A stretch of 64,000 bases of DNA, taken from Selaginella moellendorffii. Taxonomy: Eukaryota > Plantae > Lycopodiophyta. The stretch covers positions 1,688,117 through 1,752,116 of the forward strand of contig NW_003314261.1 of the NCBI RefSeq assembly GCF_000143415.4. The letters are read 5' to 3'. Below are positions 1 through 14,579 of this stretch, piece after piece. The position numbers and the translations under genes were made by a program. Under the pieces are notes generated by a model. That model worked only from the letters and a program-made list of their open reading frames with translations. It searched no databases and was not told the DNA's origin. Each line of letters opens with the position of its first letter. Position 1 is the first letter of the stretch.

Positions 1-2257
1 TCAAAAACAACTATGAGTTGAAATATATACTAGTTTTATGGATTATGTTGCAAACTATGCTACTAATGAAAATATAAATCCAGGCAGGATTGTTATTTTA
101 CCTTCAAGTTTTGGGGGTGGCCTTAAAGCAATGCAATAAAATTATCAAAATGTAATAGCTATAGTTACTCATTTTCAAAGCTAGATATTTTCATTACTTT
201 TACATGCAATCCCAAATAGCCAAAAGAATTCAAAAACTTATATGCAATAAAGGCTTTAAGGATCATCCAGACTTGGTTTCTAGATTATTTCATGTCAAAT
301 TTAAAAACTTTTTGAATTGTATTACTAAAAAATATATTTTCCAAAATTATATTGCTTATATATATATAATTGAATTTCAAAAGAGAGGCCTTCCATATTG
401 TCACTTTCTCGGGATTTTATTTCATGAAAACAAGATTAAAGATTGTGATGCTATTAACTAGTACATTTCTGCACAATTGCTTGATCCTTAAGATAAATTT
501 GAAATTTTAAAAATAATTACATTTTATATGATACATAGTTTATATAGGTCTATTTACCCTAATAGTCCTTATATGGAAAATGGAATTTGCTCAAAAAGTT
601 ATCCAAGAATATTTAATTATGAAACTACTTTTATTGTTGATAGATATCCAGATTATTATAAACTTGATAATGGCCACACTTGTGCTCTTGTTCCTTGTGT
701 GTTTGTAAAAAATGGGTACTATATTGATTATCAATGGGTAGTACCTTATAATAAATACTTTTGTAAAAAATATAATGATCAAATTAATATTGAAATTTGT
801 CCTACTATAAAAATTATTAAATATTTATTTTAATATGTCTATAAAGGTTATGATTGTGCTATAATATAAGTTATGTATCCACTCCAGAGGCAATATGGAG
901 ACTTTTTAAATTTAAAATGCATAGTCATTCGACCTTTTTAATCTGCCTTTCTATCTATTTTCTAAATTTTCAAGATGTTTATTTTATACAATGTTTTAAA
1001 TAAATATCACTTCAAAGAACTACTTAAAATGGTACAATGTTAACAAAATAGTTTGAATTAAATATAAATGACCTAAATATTAAAAAATATACATATCTTA
1101 AAGTCCCTTTATATTATACATTTAACTCTCATACTTATAGCTTGCTAATTTGACATTAAGAAATATCATTCCCAAATGTATTCTGTGTTGTCATCCAATG
1201 TTGAACTATATCATTTATGTTTTATTTTATTTCATAAAAAGGTGTTACATTTTTTAATGATCTCAAGCCAGTTAACAATATTTATTATGATATGTTTCAA
1301 CAAGTTGCAAAGGCAATGAGGCTTTTAGTTGATACTAAATGGGAAAATTGTTTAGAAGATGCTTAATTTTTTAGAATGCCATCACAATTAAGACAATTAT
1401 TTGTATTACTTTGTGTCTTTTGCACTCCAAAAAATCTTTACTTCTTATGGGATAAATATAAAGACTTCCTTTTTGAGGATTTCATGTAAATAAGTCTAAT
1501 TTTTCATTATGAACATGCTTTATATGATATAAATATAAAAATGAAATTACATTGCAAAACTAATCAAAACTACCACTTATCTTTACCTTTTGAAATTTTG
1601 ATGATGAAAATGTTGTCAACCCGATACAAATATATCAAAATTTTAAACAAAATATCCCTCAATTTAATCAAGAATAGTTAAATATTTTTAATGATATTCT
1701 TAATGTTATTGATCACCCAATTGAGCATAATTGATACATTTTCATTAATGGCTTTGGTGGTATTGGTGAAACATTTTTCTTAACACTTTTTACAACTAAA
1801 AAAATATAAATGTTTTTAGCATGTGTAGACAAAAATTGCAAATACTTTACTCTATAATGAGCAAATTTCACACACTGCTTATAAACTTTCTGAACTTTGT
1901 ACTTGATATTTCAAACCCTTATATTGCAGCCAATTGAGTTATACTTACCCCACTTAATGATGACATATTTCCATTCAATAACACTATTGTCTCTAGATTA
2001 CAAGATGATACATATATATATAAAAGTGTTAATTTTGTTGACATTAAATATCTTGAAAACTTTCCAACAGAATTCCTAAATTTTATCAGACCTTCTGGTC
2101 TCCCACCACATAAACTCTCTCTCAAAAAAGATGTTATTTTTATCCTCCTAAGGAATATGTCTCCATTAGTAGGACTATATAACGACATACGTCTCATTGT
2201 GCAAAATGCATCACCAAATGTTTTAGATTGTGAATTGTGATGGGGCAATTTAAAGGG
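1..2257 (+). pseudogene. Helitron Rep-helicase, degenerate (HUH Rep motifs and most of the PIF1 helicase)
   Basis: IEFQKRGLPYCH Rep motif (204-461 ORF); MIH..CSKSYP..WVVPYN..INIEIC (528-833); helicase PSGLPPHKLSLKKDVIFILLRNMSP..GLYN (~2090-2180). Many stops and frameshifts. Ends at an LTR insertion after GQFKG. Confidence 0.9.
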
Positions 2258-2789
2258 TATTGCAATTGTGACTTCAGGTATCAAAAATTACCTATCAATT
2301 TGGATATTCTTTTTTTACTGCCAGGACATGAAGAGGTTGGTATTGCTAGATCCTTTATCAATCTCTATCTAAGTTAATTGAGAAATTAATCATCACATGT
2401 GCATTTAAACTAGAAAGGCATTAAGGAAGGAAATCTTAAGTTTTCATTTAGTCAAGCATATTTAACATGGTAATAAGAAACTCATTTTGTTGACTTGCAC
2501 TTCTTAGTGTTAGGAACCCTGCAATATTAAGCTTGGTCCTTCAATATTTGCCAATTGATAATTTATCATGTTTGCCAAACACCCTTGCTACCATGCATCT
2601 TGTGTTAGTTTCATTCGATCCTAATTGCTTATTTATGGAAAGTGTTTAGATTTGCTAATTTGGTATATCTACGGAATGTAGATATTGTCTTGAATATAAT
2701 GGTGTTCATCCCATGCCCAAATTCACAATCTAGTGTCATTCTATATTTAATAAGTTTCATGTTAGTCTCGAAGACTAACTCCTAGTACT
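2258..2789 (+). mobile_element. 5' part of a family-A LTR inserted in the Helitron helicase; broken at 2789
   Basis: Reverse complement of the LTR segment ending ...gatacctgaagtcacatttgcgaca (compare 3120-3661 and 18760-19298). Preceded by candidate TSD AAGGG (2253-2257). Confidence 0.8.
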
Positions 2790-3661
2790 CTACGAACGAG
2801 GGTCCAGTACAATCCCACGAGCACCAGCTCCCCGTATCCAACACCTACATGCAAAATGGTGTCAGATGGAGTCTGGCACAATTTTGGCATACTGGTGGCC
2901 TAACGTAAGGAGGAGGGTACTCCACTAACTAAGCAGCGTGGAGCTTGGGCTTAGACTCAAGCCGAACGTAGAACAAGGAGTGACACAACCCAATAGGAGC
3001 CAAACTAATGTCTCAAGTGGTCGAACATGCATTCCAACCACTATCCTTATTATACATTTGGAACCCCCCACAGCCCCCATGAGGAACACATGCTTTGGGC
3101 TTTCACCCCAAGCCACCCTTAGTACCAGGAGTTAGTCTTTGGGACAAGCTTGAAATTTACTAAATATAGAATGGTCTTAGATTGCGAATTTAGACATGGA
3201 GTGAACACCATTGTGTTCAAGCCGACTTCTACATTCCGTAAATATGCCAAATGAGTGAATCTAGACACTTTCCATAAATAGTATTTGGAACTGAAATGAG
3301 ACTAACACAAATGGCGTAATAGCAAGGGTGTTTGGCAAACACAATAAGCTATCATCTAGCGAATATTGAGGGACTAGTCTCAATATCACAGGGGTTCCCA
3401 ACACTAGCAAGTGCAAGTCAATATCATGAATTTCTCATCACCATATTAAGTATGTTTGATTTAATGACAACTTAGGATTTCCTTCCTTAGTGCCCTTCCG
3501 GTCTAAGTGCACATATGCTGATCAGTTTCTCAACTAGCTTGGGCGGAGACCACAAAGGGAACCAGCAGTACCAACCTCCTACCATTGTGGCAGTAAAGAG
3601 AGAGTTTCCGTAAGGACTAGCCGACAAGTATTTTTCGATACCTGAAGTCACATTTGCGACA
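2790..3661 (-). mobile_element. Displaced major part of the 5' LTR of the chromovirus at 27719-32978
   Basis: Closely matches the LTR at 27762-28614. Starts where the 32929-32978 LTR stub stops. Followed by CTCTA (3662-3666), identical to the 5 bp before 27719. Confidence 0.85.
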
Positions 3662-4244
3662 CTCTAGGGTGATGTGGAGCTGTTGCAGACTGAAGAAAAC
3701 TTCCTTGAGTGTCAAGGAAGCCATACAAAAACTTCTAAGTGTGGTCAAAATTGAAAATAAAGATTAGAGCAGTGTTTCCACCACCTTTGAGGGATGCACC
3801 CCATTGTGCACCATACCTAGCATATGCCATATCCAAGTGGTGTTGTGAGGGGCTTAGATCCTTGAGTGAGCCTCCTTGATGGTGAGGAAAAAGACTTGGA
3901 GCCCAAAGAACTTCTCAGAGGTGTGGTGAGGTTGGAATTCAAGTTCATGCTTTGTTTTTCCTTAGTTTTTCTCTTTTTTGTCACTTTTCTTGACTTGAGC
4001 ATTCAGTTGTGGCTTAGAGTTTTTCCCATGTGGTTTTCTCTCTAACTTAAAATTTCACACTCTATTTCCCTTTTCAATTTTTCAATTTCTTTTCCTTTGT
4101 CTTTTCTTATTTCTACCATTTGAAACAATTACCAGCTCATGGCATTAGACTTCTTCAGCTTGGTCATGGATTTTCACCACATTAGAACCTGTGGCAATCC
4201 ACTATGGTCACCTGTTACAACTATGGGCATCTTGAAAGAGAAAC

Positions 4245-4387
4245 TACTCTTACTCTTGCTCTTACTCCTACTCCCACTCTTACTCCCGTTCCAACTCCTA
4301 CTCCTGCTCCAACTCCTACTTTTGTTACTCCCTAGTTGCAGCCGTGGGCAGAGAAAGAGAGAGAGAGAGAGAGCAAAAGAGAGAGGG
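4245..4387. repeat. Degenerate (ACTCCT)n hexamer tract followed by a (GA)n microsatellite
   Basis: Directly visible; it explains the Leu-rich 4139-4417 ORF. Confidence 0.85.
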
Positions 4388-4450
4388 ATTTTCCAATTCT
4401 TGGAATATTCTAAATAGTTGTATAAAAGCCTTGTAAGGGAAAAATATCAA

Positions 4451-4720
4451 GGTTTCTATGCTTTGTGTCTTGAAAATATATCAATTATGCTTAGCTGGGT
4501 GATCAATAACATTATGAATATCATTAAAAATATTTAACTATTCTTTATTAAATTGAGGAATATTTTGTTCAACATATTGATATATTTGTGTTGAGTCTAT
4601 AAAATTTTCACAGAACAAAATATTCCTCAATTTAATCAAGAATAGTTAAATATTTTTAATGTTATTGATCACCTAGCTGAGGACACAAAGTACAGAACCC
4701 TAAACCCTAAACCCTAAACC
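4451..4720. repeat. Fold-back made of Helitron-derived sequence, ending in about three CCCTAAA telomere-type repeats
   Basis: 4472-4596 is the reverse complement of 1621-1743. 4612-4680 is a direct copy of ~1645-1725. aaccctaaaccctaaaccctaaacc at 4696-4720. Confidence 0.75.
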
Positions 4721-4789
4721 ATGGCTACCAGGTCTGGCTAGTGGGATGTACTTGTACTTGCCTAGCAAATGCTAAGTAGTTTAGAAAGA

Positions 4790-5102
4790 GGTTTAATATA
4801 AAACCTCTTTATAGACAGTGTTAATTGTAAAAACAAAAGGATCTTGAAGAAGGAGGTGGCTTTGGTATGTGGTGTTTTGAACTTTAATTCCAAGTCCATG
4901 TGGTGATGTGCATCTTGATAAAGCCATATAAAGTTGCTCATGAGTGAAAATTGGGTGGGGCAAGTAAACTCCAACTCAGTCAAATATTTGTTCTTGGGAT
5001 TTGGACCCAAATGGATTGGAAATTGCCTTTTAGACATTTTGAATGGAATTTTTGTATTTAATGGTATTAGTGTAATACATGGGATAAATACCCTTGTTCC
5101 TT
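4790..5102 (-). pseudogene. C-terminal end of the same Helitron PIF1 helicase, now inverted
   Basis: Minus strand reads GTRVFIPCITLIP..PFKMSKRQFP, then after a frameshift SQEQIFD*VGVYLPHPIFTHEQLYMALSR (terminal PIF1 motifs). It continues the GQFKG left off at 2257. Confidence 0.85.
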
Positions 5103-7902
5103 TGTAGCGCACATGGTTTTTACCCTTTATCCTATGGTGATTTACCATAGGATAACCATAAAGTAAAACCTAAACCCTCTATATGCCACATATTATATGC
5201 CACATATCCCCAAGGATAACAGAATGGAACCCAAGTTTCAAAGCTTTAGGCCACTAAATGAAAGAATAGAGCTAAACTCCTAAGCATGAAGCTAAGGAAT
5301 GAAGGAATCGGAGCATAGGGTAACTCCCAAATATACAGCCCAAAGAATGAAGGGATAAGAGCACAGAGTGACTTAGAACAGTTGTAGAGCATCCAACATC
5401 CCAACACTAAGACTAACACACAAAGTGGAGCCAAATAAAATCTAGTGGCATTTTAATATACCAATGGCTTAATGCAAGGATATGAATACTCTACCAACTA
5501 ACATAGTATGAAACTTGGGCTTAGACCTAAGTTAAATGTAGAACAAGGACAAGCATGCAAGTAGGAGCTAAACTATGCCTCAAGTTGGTCAGCTATACCT
5601 AACCTACTCACTATCCCTACTGTACATTTGGAATGCCTCCTATGTATCATTAAGAAAATTTAATGATAAAACTTAACTATCAAAGATTGCAAATAGCATA
5701 CTAAGTAACTTATGTAAAATAACTTTAAAGAACATAAAGTATCATCGATTAGTAAGAAAAATGCTCATGAATGTATAACCTAAAGGAAACAACATCTTAA
5801 TTTATCAGAACCAATCTTAGCAACAATTAATAGAACAGAATGAATGTGGCAAAACCAATAAACACTCGTTTATGCCAATTATTATATTACCCAATTTGAA
5901 TAAATCCCAATCAACAATATAAAGGAACTCAAGTTGCTTAAGCAAGTGTCATTAATATCTTACTAATGTCTAAAACCCAAAAGACCAATCCAAAGTAAAC
6001 CACAAAGAATATGTGGTATTGCGGAAAGCTAAAAACTATTAAAGAGAACAACTCATTATCATAAAAGATCATTAATCATATTAATAAAGAAATGCAAAGA
6101 AAGAATCCACCATCTCAAAGAACAGCAAAGCATTTTATATCAATAATAGTCAAGCAAAACCTTTGACAAGGATAATCAATTATTCTAGATAATAGTCAAT
6201 CATCTTTAATGATTGCTAAATGCAAATACTAACTTTAATATTGAAGCTAATAAGCCAAAAATACCTTCCCTCAACAATTCATAACAAATAGAATAATGAG
6301 CATAAAGATTCAAGGAACCAAAAGCTTAAAGAAGCCTATAACCAAATCTTGCTTAATAATGATCACAAGTCTCACATGAACTAACTTTAATACTAAAGAA
6401 AAAATCATGGTACAACCTATATTATCCTCCTCAACACATCTATCAACTAAACCTCATAATACAAAGCCAATGAAGAGCATTTCTGCATCAATCCAAAAGC
6501 CAAATATAACAAAGCTATGTTCAACAAGTGATTATCAAATGATCCTCCATGAATCCATCTATAACAAAACATAACTCACTTTATAACAAACACAAGAAGA
6601 ATAATCAATGATTAATATATATCTTCAACTCAGATCTAATAAAAACTCAACATCTTCAATATTGATCACTAACTTTTCTTTTCGTAAAGTTAGCATAGTC
6701 CACAACTAAATCATATTTCTAGGAAAAAACAAAGCTCAACTTTTATTAAATAATTTCATCTCGAACATAACTAACTCAAACTTGCCACTCAATTCGTTTG
6801 AACGTCAATAAAGTTGCTAACTAGCAAATATATGAATGCCAATACACAAAGCTACAACCCAAGTGTTAGCACTATTTTGCATTAAGACTAATGAAACTTA
6901 ATATTAATCCTATGGAGAGACATTTTGTTTCACTTGAATCTCAACAACAATAATATCAACAATAGGACATTACTTCAATGCTATCAACACTAGAGCAAAA
7001 CTAAAAGAAAGCAAGAGTGAATTATCACTCAAAACTCTTTAGCAACCAAGCTAACCATAGTTGAAAATACTTTAGATAGTATTCGAGACTAACCCTCCAA
7101 CAATACTCAATTACAAATAACATGTCATCAAGGAGTAAATCACCACATCTAAAACTCAATATAGCCCAGCATTATGGACTAAACGTAGCCAAAATGATAT
7201 TAACAAAGGTAAAGTCAACATGCTAATATGGAGAAACTATACAAGCCCACAACATGATCTTTTATAACACCATTCAGTAAATCAAGTCTATCACTACTAA
7301 ATCATTATCGAGTGAAGCAAGTGTTAAAGTCTTTGACAAAATCTATAAACAATCACTAGCCACAAAGCAACTAACAACCATTATCCAACTTGTTTTCATA
7401 AAACCCAAACACTAAACTCATATTATCGAGTTATATATTTGTCCAACATTAATGTAATACCCCAAGTACAAGATAAAAGTTCATAAACAAGCATAAAAAG
7501 GTGCATGCATTTTTGCATCGTGATTTTCGCACAAAGGCATTTCCTAAGTCAAGAATTGAGATCAGGATTTCTCCCGGTCTAAATTCCTGACTTGGATGAC
7601 TGGGCATGTAATGGTTATATAGGCTGGTGATAACATGTTAGACCTATCCCCCTTTCTGTCTTTTTATATCCTTAGCCATAATAACATACACTCCACTTGT
7701 TCAACATTTACTCTTCTCTTCCATACCTATCTTACTCACTGCCTTTTGGGGATCAAGGCTGTGAGATGTGCATCAATCTCAGCATCAACATCTTTGCAAT
7801 AGCATATGGCTAAGTATTTCTTTCTTTTTTATGTTTGGATTTAATTTAGATTAGAGAGGATTCACAAGATTATTGTAGAGGTGATTTTGTAGTTCTCCAC
7901 TT

Positions 7903-7920
7903 TGGCGACCACGATGGGAT
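7903..7920 (+). promoter_or_regulatory. Primer-binding site of element B (TGGCGAC, tRNA-Arg-like)
   Basis: tggcgaccacgatggga 3 bp after the 5' LTR. The tRNA identity is inferred from Tat/Ogre precedent. Confidence 0.65.
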
Positions 7921-8870
7921 AAGCGAAGTGAAGAGTACCCAAAGAACAAATACTGGAAGCCTTAGCCACAACTAAAAGAAGAAGCCGAAGTCAAGAATCA
8001 AGGGAAAAGTCAAAAAGAGACAAAAAGAAGAAAACTGACAAAAATCTACAGCAAGAAGCATGGCAATCATGCTAGAGACCAAGCGCTTAAAGACTACAAT
8101 CATCTAGTGATCGCCCACTTCTCCGAAACTCTAAGCTTCTTCCATAACCACCTCTTGGCGAGAGGTTGAAGACAAAGAATATTCTGCACATTAGAATATT
8201 TGAAGAATCTCTGACAAGAAATCAAAGCAAGCAAGTGTTAACGAGCATGAAAACATGAAGAACACTTAAAGATTGAAGCCATCCAAGTTGTGGAAAACTT
8301 GGAGTGCGAGTGTAATCGTTTTTAGCGAGAAGTCGAAGAAAACGAATATATCAAGAAACTACAACAAGGAAATGACCAAAGAAAAATTCTAGCGGCTGGC
8401 GATGGAGGAAGAATGAAAAAGCACAACTGCCTATTTGGAGACACAAGCTGTACAAGATACGAGGACTGCCTTTTGTGTAGTTTCAGAAATTGTGCAAAAC
8501 CATACAAACAATGCTATCCAAAATGGTGATACAACACTTGCAAGCAAGCAAAAGCAAGACTCCAAATCAGGGATGAAAATGCCATAGTAGAAGAAAGAAA
8601 GAAACGAGAAGAAATAGCCCAAGAAGATAACATTAAAAAGAGTAACGATAGTTTAGAAAAAGAAGAGAAACAAAGCTTTGGTTGCTTTCAAAAACTTCAA
8701 GAAACACTTTTGCGACTCTTTTACAAATTGTTTAGCAAATAAGAAAAATGCGAAAATGAAGAAATGCTGAATAAAAAACATGTTTACTTCGATTTCTTTG
8801 CAACTCAAAGAACCCTAACTTGGATACATTTTTCAACAAACAATTATCAAATTCCTAGGCATACATAAAC

Positions 8871-9830
8871 ATGAAACTTTTCAACCATTAACACTTGTTT
8901 TCAACACTGATTTAATGAGAGTTTTAGTAGAAACAGAGGGTGGAACCTTTAAACCACAAGTTCGTTGGTTTGTTGACACACTTAGATTTAGAGATTTTGA
9001 AGAGAATGCAAAACTACTTTACCGAATTCTTCAAAGTCCTCTGGGTGTAATGCTACCAACAAGCACTCTTAATGAACTATACACTATAGCATATTGGCAT
9101 TGTTTAGGACGGACAAGAATAGTTGGAGAATTAAGAAATCAAGAACAGGGCAATCAACAAATTCGAATTGGGAATTTGAGTTCAAGAAATTGACAAGAAT
9201 CTGAACTTGTGACAAGTTCAAGGGAACATCTTGAAAACTCAAGGATTACGAATCGAAGGAGGAGAAATTTAAGACGGAATCACAATGGGTCAAGATTAAA
9301 TACAGTAACAAACTTCAACTTTGACACTGAGGTCCAACATCAAAACCCCAGCTTAGAAATACATATCACTCGCAACCAATAAGGGAGAGTGTGTCCAAGG
9401 AGTCTCAACATTTTAAGGAGTATTTTAGGAGATCTTGTGTCAAGATTACAAACTTATAATGCAAGAATATTAATTAAGACTATACCTTGGGAAGTTCGTG
9501 AAACAATCGACTCTGATCGTGGAAGAGAACGTGCTATACGACAGAGGGAAGTAGAACAAGACCGGCAAGAACGGCCTCAGGGAAATGCACCATCACGAAA
9601 TCGACCATGGAGAAAAGCGCACTGGATAGATTTGCGCACACATAGGCTTACAGCAACAAGAATCTGTTAGAATTTATACTTTGCCATGTGGACGTCACTT
9701 GAGACAAGAAACATACAAGAATTAGGACATTAAAAATACAACCACTGTTGTATTCAGCATCTTGAAATCTTACCAACGACTGGGAAGCACAAAAGCTCAT
9801 AGTGAGAGCTTACATTCCAAAACAACCAAC
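8871..9830 (+). pseudogene. Extra 5' ORF of element B, unknown function
   Basis: ORFs 8915-9193 and 9389-9670 share one frame broken only by point stops, upstream of gag. Confidence 0.55.
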
Positions 9831-10626
9831 ACATTGTAAGAGATTAAAACAATTGTTCAAGATTGGACTACTAGAAAGAATTGCAATTGTTTGCATACCT
9901 ACTCGATCCCAAAGTTGGTGAGCAGTAACTAAATTTACTAGCGAACAGCTAAATCAATCAATTTATGACAAAACAGACCTCCTTCCTACAAACAAAATCA
10001 TGCTTACTTACACCATCAGATTTTTCAAATACAAGACCTTACCTGAGCTAGACTCAGGAAAGTGACCTCAAGATGAAACTTGGGAAGAATCGAGAAAGAA
10101 AAACTCGATTGAAGACTCAAGACACAAGAGCTTGACTTCAGATTTAAACAACAAAACCAAACTTGCAAAAGACTTAAGACACAAGAGCTTGACTTTGCAA
10201 TCTATGAAGAACAACAATTGACAAAAGATCACTTAGGCAAAACACAAATTCAGAAAACTTACCTCAATATTCAAGTTGAGAAGACTTAACAAACTGAATC
10301 TACAAACAGAAACCAGACCCAATCAAGATCTGGGAAAGAGATCTTTGACAAAAGAATTGAGAAGTGAAAAAGGAAGAGGTAATAAAAGAGAAATTAGAAC
10401 AACAACAGCAACAGATTTTAGAAACAATTTTAAACAAGTATGACAAAGAGGATAAACAAATTCAAGTTGCCAAGTTGAGCAACCTAGTCAAAAATAACAA
10501 AGAACTGAATATCAAAGACACCCCAGAGTTTCAGGCATTTGAAGAAGAAGAATACATAGCACCAGAGTTTTACTCAAATCTAGACTCACCAGAACAACAA
10601 CTCAACCAACAAAGTCTACAACCACC

Positions 10627-13600
10627 TATGGCAATCATCAATCCGATGAGTACAATTGGAAGCATGGTTACATATCCAATTTTCACAAGAAGTAAGTCAA
10701 AAGATTCAGAATTACATGTAAAACAATTCAACGAGATTGTCAAAATGAACAATCAAGAATAGCATCAAGCCATACTTTTCCCATACACACTTAAAGGAAA
10801 AGCTTTTGAGTGGCATCATACACTAGAGGATTCTGTACCACATGACAAGAAACTTGAACAATTCAAGGAACAATTCTCAGCCTGAGGAACACTGGAGGAG
10901 CATTATGAGCAAATTAAGAATATAAAACAGCAACCAAAGGAAGGAATTCAGGATTATACTAGACGATTCAAATTACATGCAAAGAAATGTAAAGATCTCA
11001 TCACCAACAAAGGCAAGAGTTTGTTTTATATACAAGGATTACAAGAAGCTTATTGCAATATGATCACATTAGCTGATACACCTGATGAAGAAAGTGTTGA
11101 TTCACTGTCACAAGGAATCTTAAAACTTGAGAAATGATTTAAGCAATTCACTAAAGGTAAAACTTCTCATGTTAATGATGACTCAGATGATGAAGAGGAC
11201 GAAATACTAATCAGGACCAAAAAGAAACAGACACAAGGAAAAGACATTAGACATGTATTGAAGAAGTTGGCTTCAACGGAATTTAAACAAGGAGTCTTTT
11301 GTACAAAATGCAAAAATGAAGGACATTTTGTTTTAGATTGTAAATTCCATTTACCCAAATGTCAGATTTGTGATAGAGAAGGACATATAGCCAAGAATTG
11401 TAGATATAGGAATATCATTGAAGTTTCAAGAGTGGAAAATGTTCAACGAAGAACACCACGACAAAATTATCAAGGAAACAACAACCAAGAACAAAGACCA
11501 CCAAGAAACTATTACTACCAAGATAATCAACAATATAATCAAAGATATAATTATGGATATAATTCCCCACAAAATCAAAACTATAGTCAAGGACAAAATG
11601 ATTATAGAGGCAATTACAACCCACAACGATACAATGGATACCAAAACAATTATTAACATCCACAAGGGAACAACTACAACCAAAGCTAATAAAGGCAATA
11701 TAACAATTACAACAATCAAGTATCACAACAGAATTATCAACCAAGACAAAATCAACCACAAGAAAATCAAATTTGACAACAATACAATCCACAAAACCAA
11801 AGAGTTAATCAAACTTCTGCTGGAAGACCACTAGCAACACGAGTAATTCAAGCAGAAGTTGATGTAGAAGATGAAGAACAACTAAGGATTGAAGAACCAG
11901 AAGTTCTGGTAATCACAAGAACACAATATGAATGTCAACAACCTGATAATTATGAAGAACAAGAAGAAAGTGACCATGCATTAGAAATCAAGAAAACCGA
12001 GTGGAAAAAGAGTAAGAAAATACTTAACACCATTCAACAAGAGCTTCAAAACAAAGATCCCAAAATTATTAATGATCAAATATACAATCAAGACGACCAA
12101 ACTCAAGTATTAAACTTTACTCAAGAAGAGCATACAACCATTGCCAAGCACATACTATATCAGGGAATTATTTTAACCCTACAACAAATACTGCAAATAG
12201 CACCATATATGAAAGACCAAATCTTAAAGATATATAATCGAAGGATCCTTGAAGCTCGCACCCAAGAAAAACACCAATCTCAGCCAACACAACAAGAACA
12301 AGCTGAAAGAATCCAACTTGGTGATTATGATGATAATGTACCTTGTATCAATGTACACATCGGCAAAAATCATATTGAAAGAGCTATCCTTGATGGAGGT
12401 TCTGGGGTTAATATCATTGAATATGCACTATGCAAAGCTTTAGGATTGGGCAATATACAAACTACACCATTCAATATACGCATGGTTGATCAAAGAGTTG
12501 TTAAACCAGTGGGCATCATCCATGATGTCTCTATAACAGTCAAAGGACATAAATTTAAAGTTAACTTTGTTGTGTTAAAAATGCCGATTGAAGAATCTTC
12601 TTATAAAATCTTGTTAAGCAGACCTTGGCTTAACAAAGCTATTTCTGCACAGTATTGGATGGAACATGAGATATGTATCCAATCCTAATAAAGACAAACT
12701 AAAATATCAACATTGACAAATAAGAAAATCTCAAGGAGTTTCCAACTAACACAAGTTCAAGAATACAATTGGTAAGAAAGTTTAGACGATCTTGAAGAAG
12801 CTAAGTTATTTGAAGTATATCCTGAACTTAAGGCAATTCAAGAAATTGACCTCAACATGATACTTCCTGTAACCAAGTGTCAAGACAATGAAGATTCAAA
12901 ACAACTGAATTTAAAGAAGACACATACAACAAAAACCACCATACAAAAAGCAAGACTAGCGATACAACTCGAACAAGTACAAACTACAGAATATCACCTA
13001 GATATACAAGACAAACCAGCACTCACCACTGAAATCAAGAATTCAAACTTCGCGTAAATATCAATGAAGATATTGAAGAATTAAATGTGGAGGTTCCCTC
13101 AAACCCGCAAAACGTCTTAATAGCTACACAGCTCTACAAACCTTTTAAACTTGATGCTACTGCACTCCTTACTAAATATAAGGATGTCTTTGCTTAGTCA
13201 TATAAAGATACCACCTGATTTATGTACACATTGAATCAAATTACTTCCAGGAATTCGACCTATTAAACAAACTGCTTACCGGATGAATCCAACATTTGCT
13301 GAGAAAGTAAAAGTTGAAATCAACAAGCTCCTTAAAGTAAGATTTATATATCCAATACAAAATGCCCAATGGCTATCACTTTTAGTCATTGTACCAAAGA
13401 AAAATGGGAAATTATGCATCTGTGTGAATTATAAGAAGTTAAATAATGCCACTATGAAAGATGCCTTTCCCATCCCATTTTCAGATGAAATACTTAATGC
13501 CGTTGCCGGACATGAGATGTACTCATTTCTTGATGGTTTTTCCAGCTACAATCAAGTACATATAGCTGTTGAGGATCAACATAAAACAGCTTTTATAAGT

Positions 13601-14579
13601 CCATGAGGAGCATACGTATCGAATGCCATTTGGATTAACCAATGCCCCATTTACATTTCAACGGATCATTATCAATACTTTCCAAGATTATCTCACAGAT
13701 TTCATGCGAGTCTTTATGGATGACTTTAGTGTCTTTGGACTTAAAGACAAACACCTTGAATACCTCGAGAAATGTTTTATAAAATGCAAACAAAACCAAG
13801 TTGCTCTAAATCCTGAAAAATGTACTTTCTTTGTTAAATCAGGCATACTACTTGGCCACATTGTTTCCACTCAAGGAATTCAAATTGATAGAGCTAAAAC
13901 CAACATCATTATGAAAATGCAACCACCTCATGATCTTAAAAGCTTGCGCAGTTTTTTGGGCAAGATGGGTTACCATAGAAGATTTATCAAGGACTATGCC
14001 AAAGTCGCTACACCATTAATTGAATTACTTAAGAAAGATAAATTCTATTACTGGACTCAAGAATGTCAACATGCATTCTTGGTACTCAAAGAAAAACTTA
14101 CACATGCACCAATTCTGGTCCAACCAAATTGGACTCAAGAATTTCTTGTACAAGTTGATGCCTTTGACTATGCGTTAGGAGCAATTCTTTGCCAAAGAAA
14201 AGATGATCATTGTGATCACCTTATATATTATGCAAGTTGACAACTTTCTCCACCTGAAATAAATTATACAACTACAGAAAAAGAAGCCTTAGGCATGATA
14301 TATGCCTTGACCAAATTCCGACATTATTTACTTTCCAACAAAGTCAAAATATTTGTTGATCATCAAGCATTGATTCATCTACTCAACAAACCCATTCTAA
14401 GTGGCCGAATAACAAGATGGTTCTTGTTATTACAAGAATTCAATTTCGAAATAGTTCACAAACCTGGCAAATACCACGAACAAGCTGATCATCTTAGCAG
14501 AATTACAACCGGAGAAAATATACAAGACCCCAATAATGACTTACTTGATTCACATCTTTTTAAGATTACCACCCACGAT
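10627..14579 (+). pseudogene. gag-pol of element B: gag with two CCHC knuckles, aspartic protease, RT, RNase H
   Basis: CTKCKNEGHFVLDC and CQICDREGHIAKNC; ILDGGSGVN; LDGFSSYNQ, MPFGLTNAP, FMDD; VDAFDYALGA, VDHQAL, ADHLSR. Contains stops and frameshifts. Confidence 0.93.

Noticed and set aside
11415-11834. Overlapping hydrophobic or Ile-rich ORFs
   Set aside because: Alternate frames of the Q/N/Y-rich gag tail.
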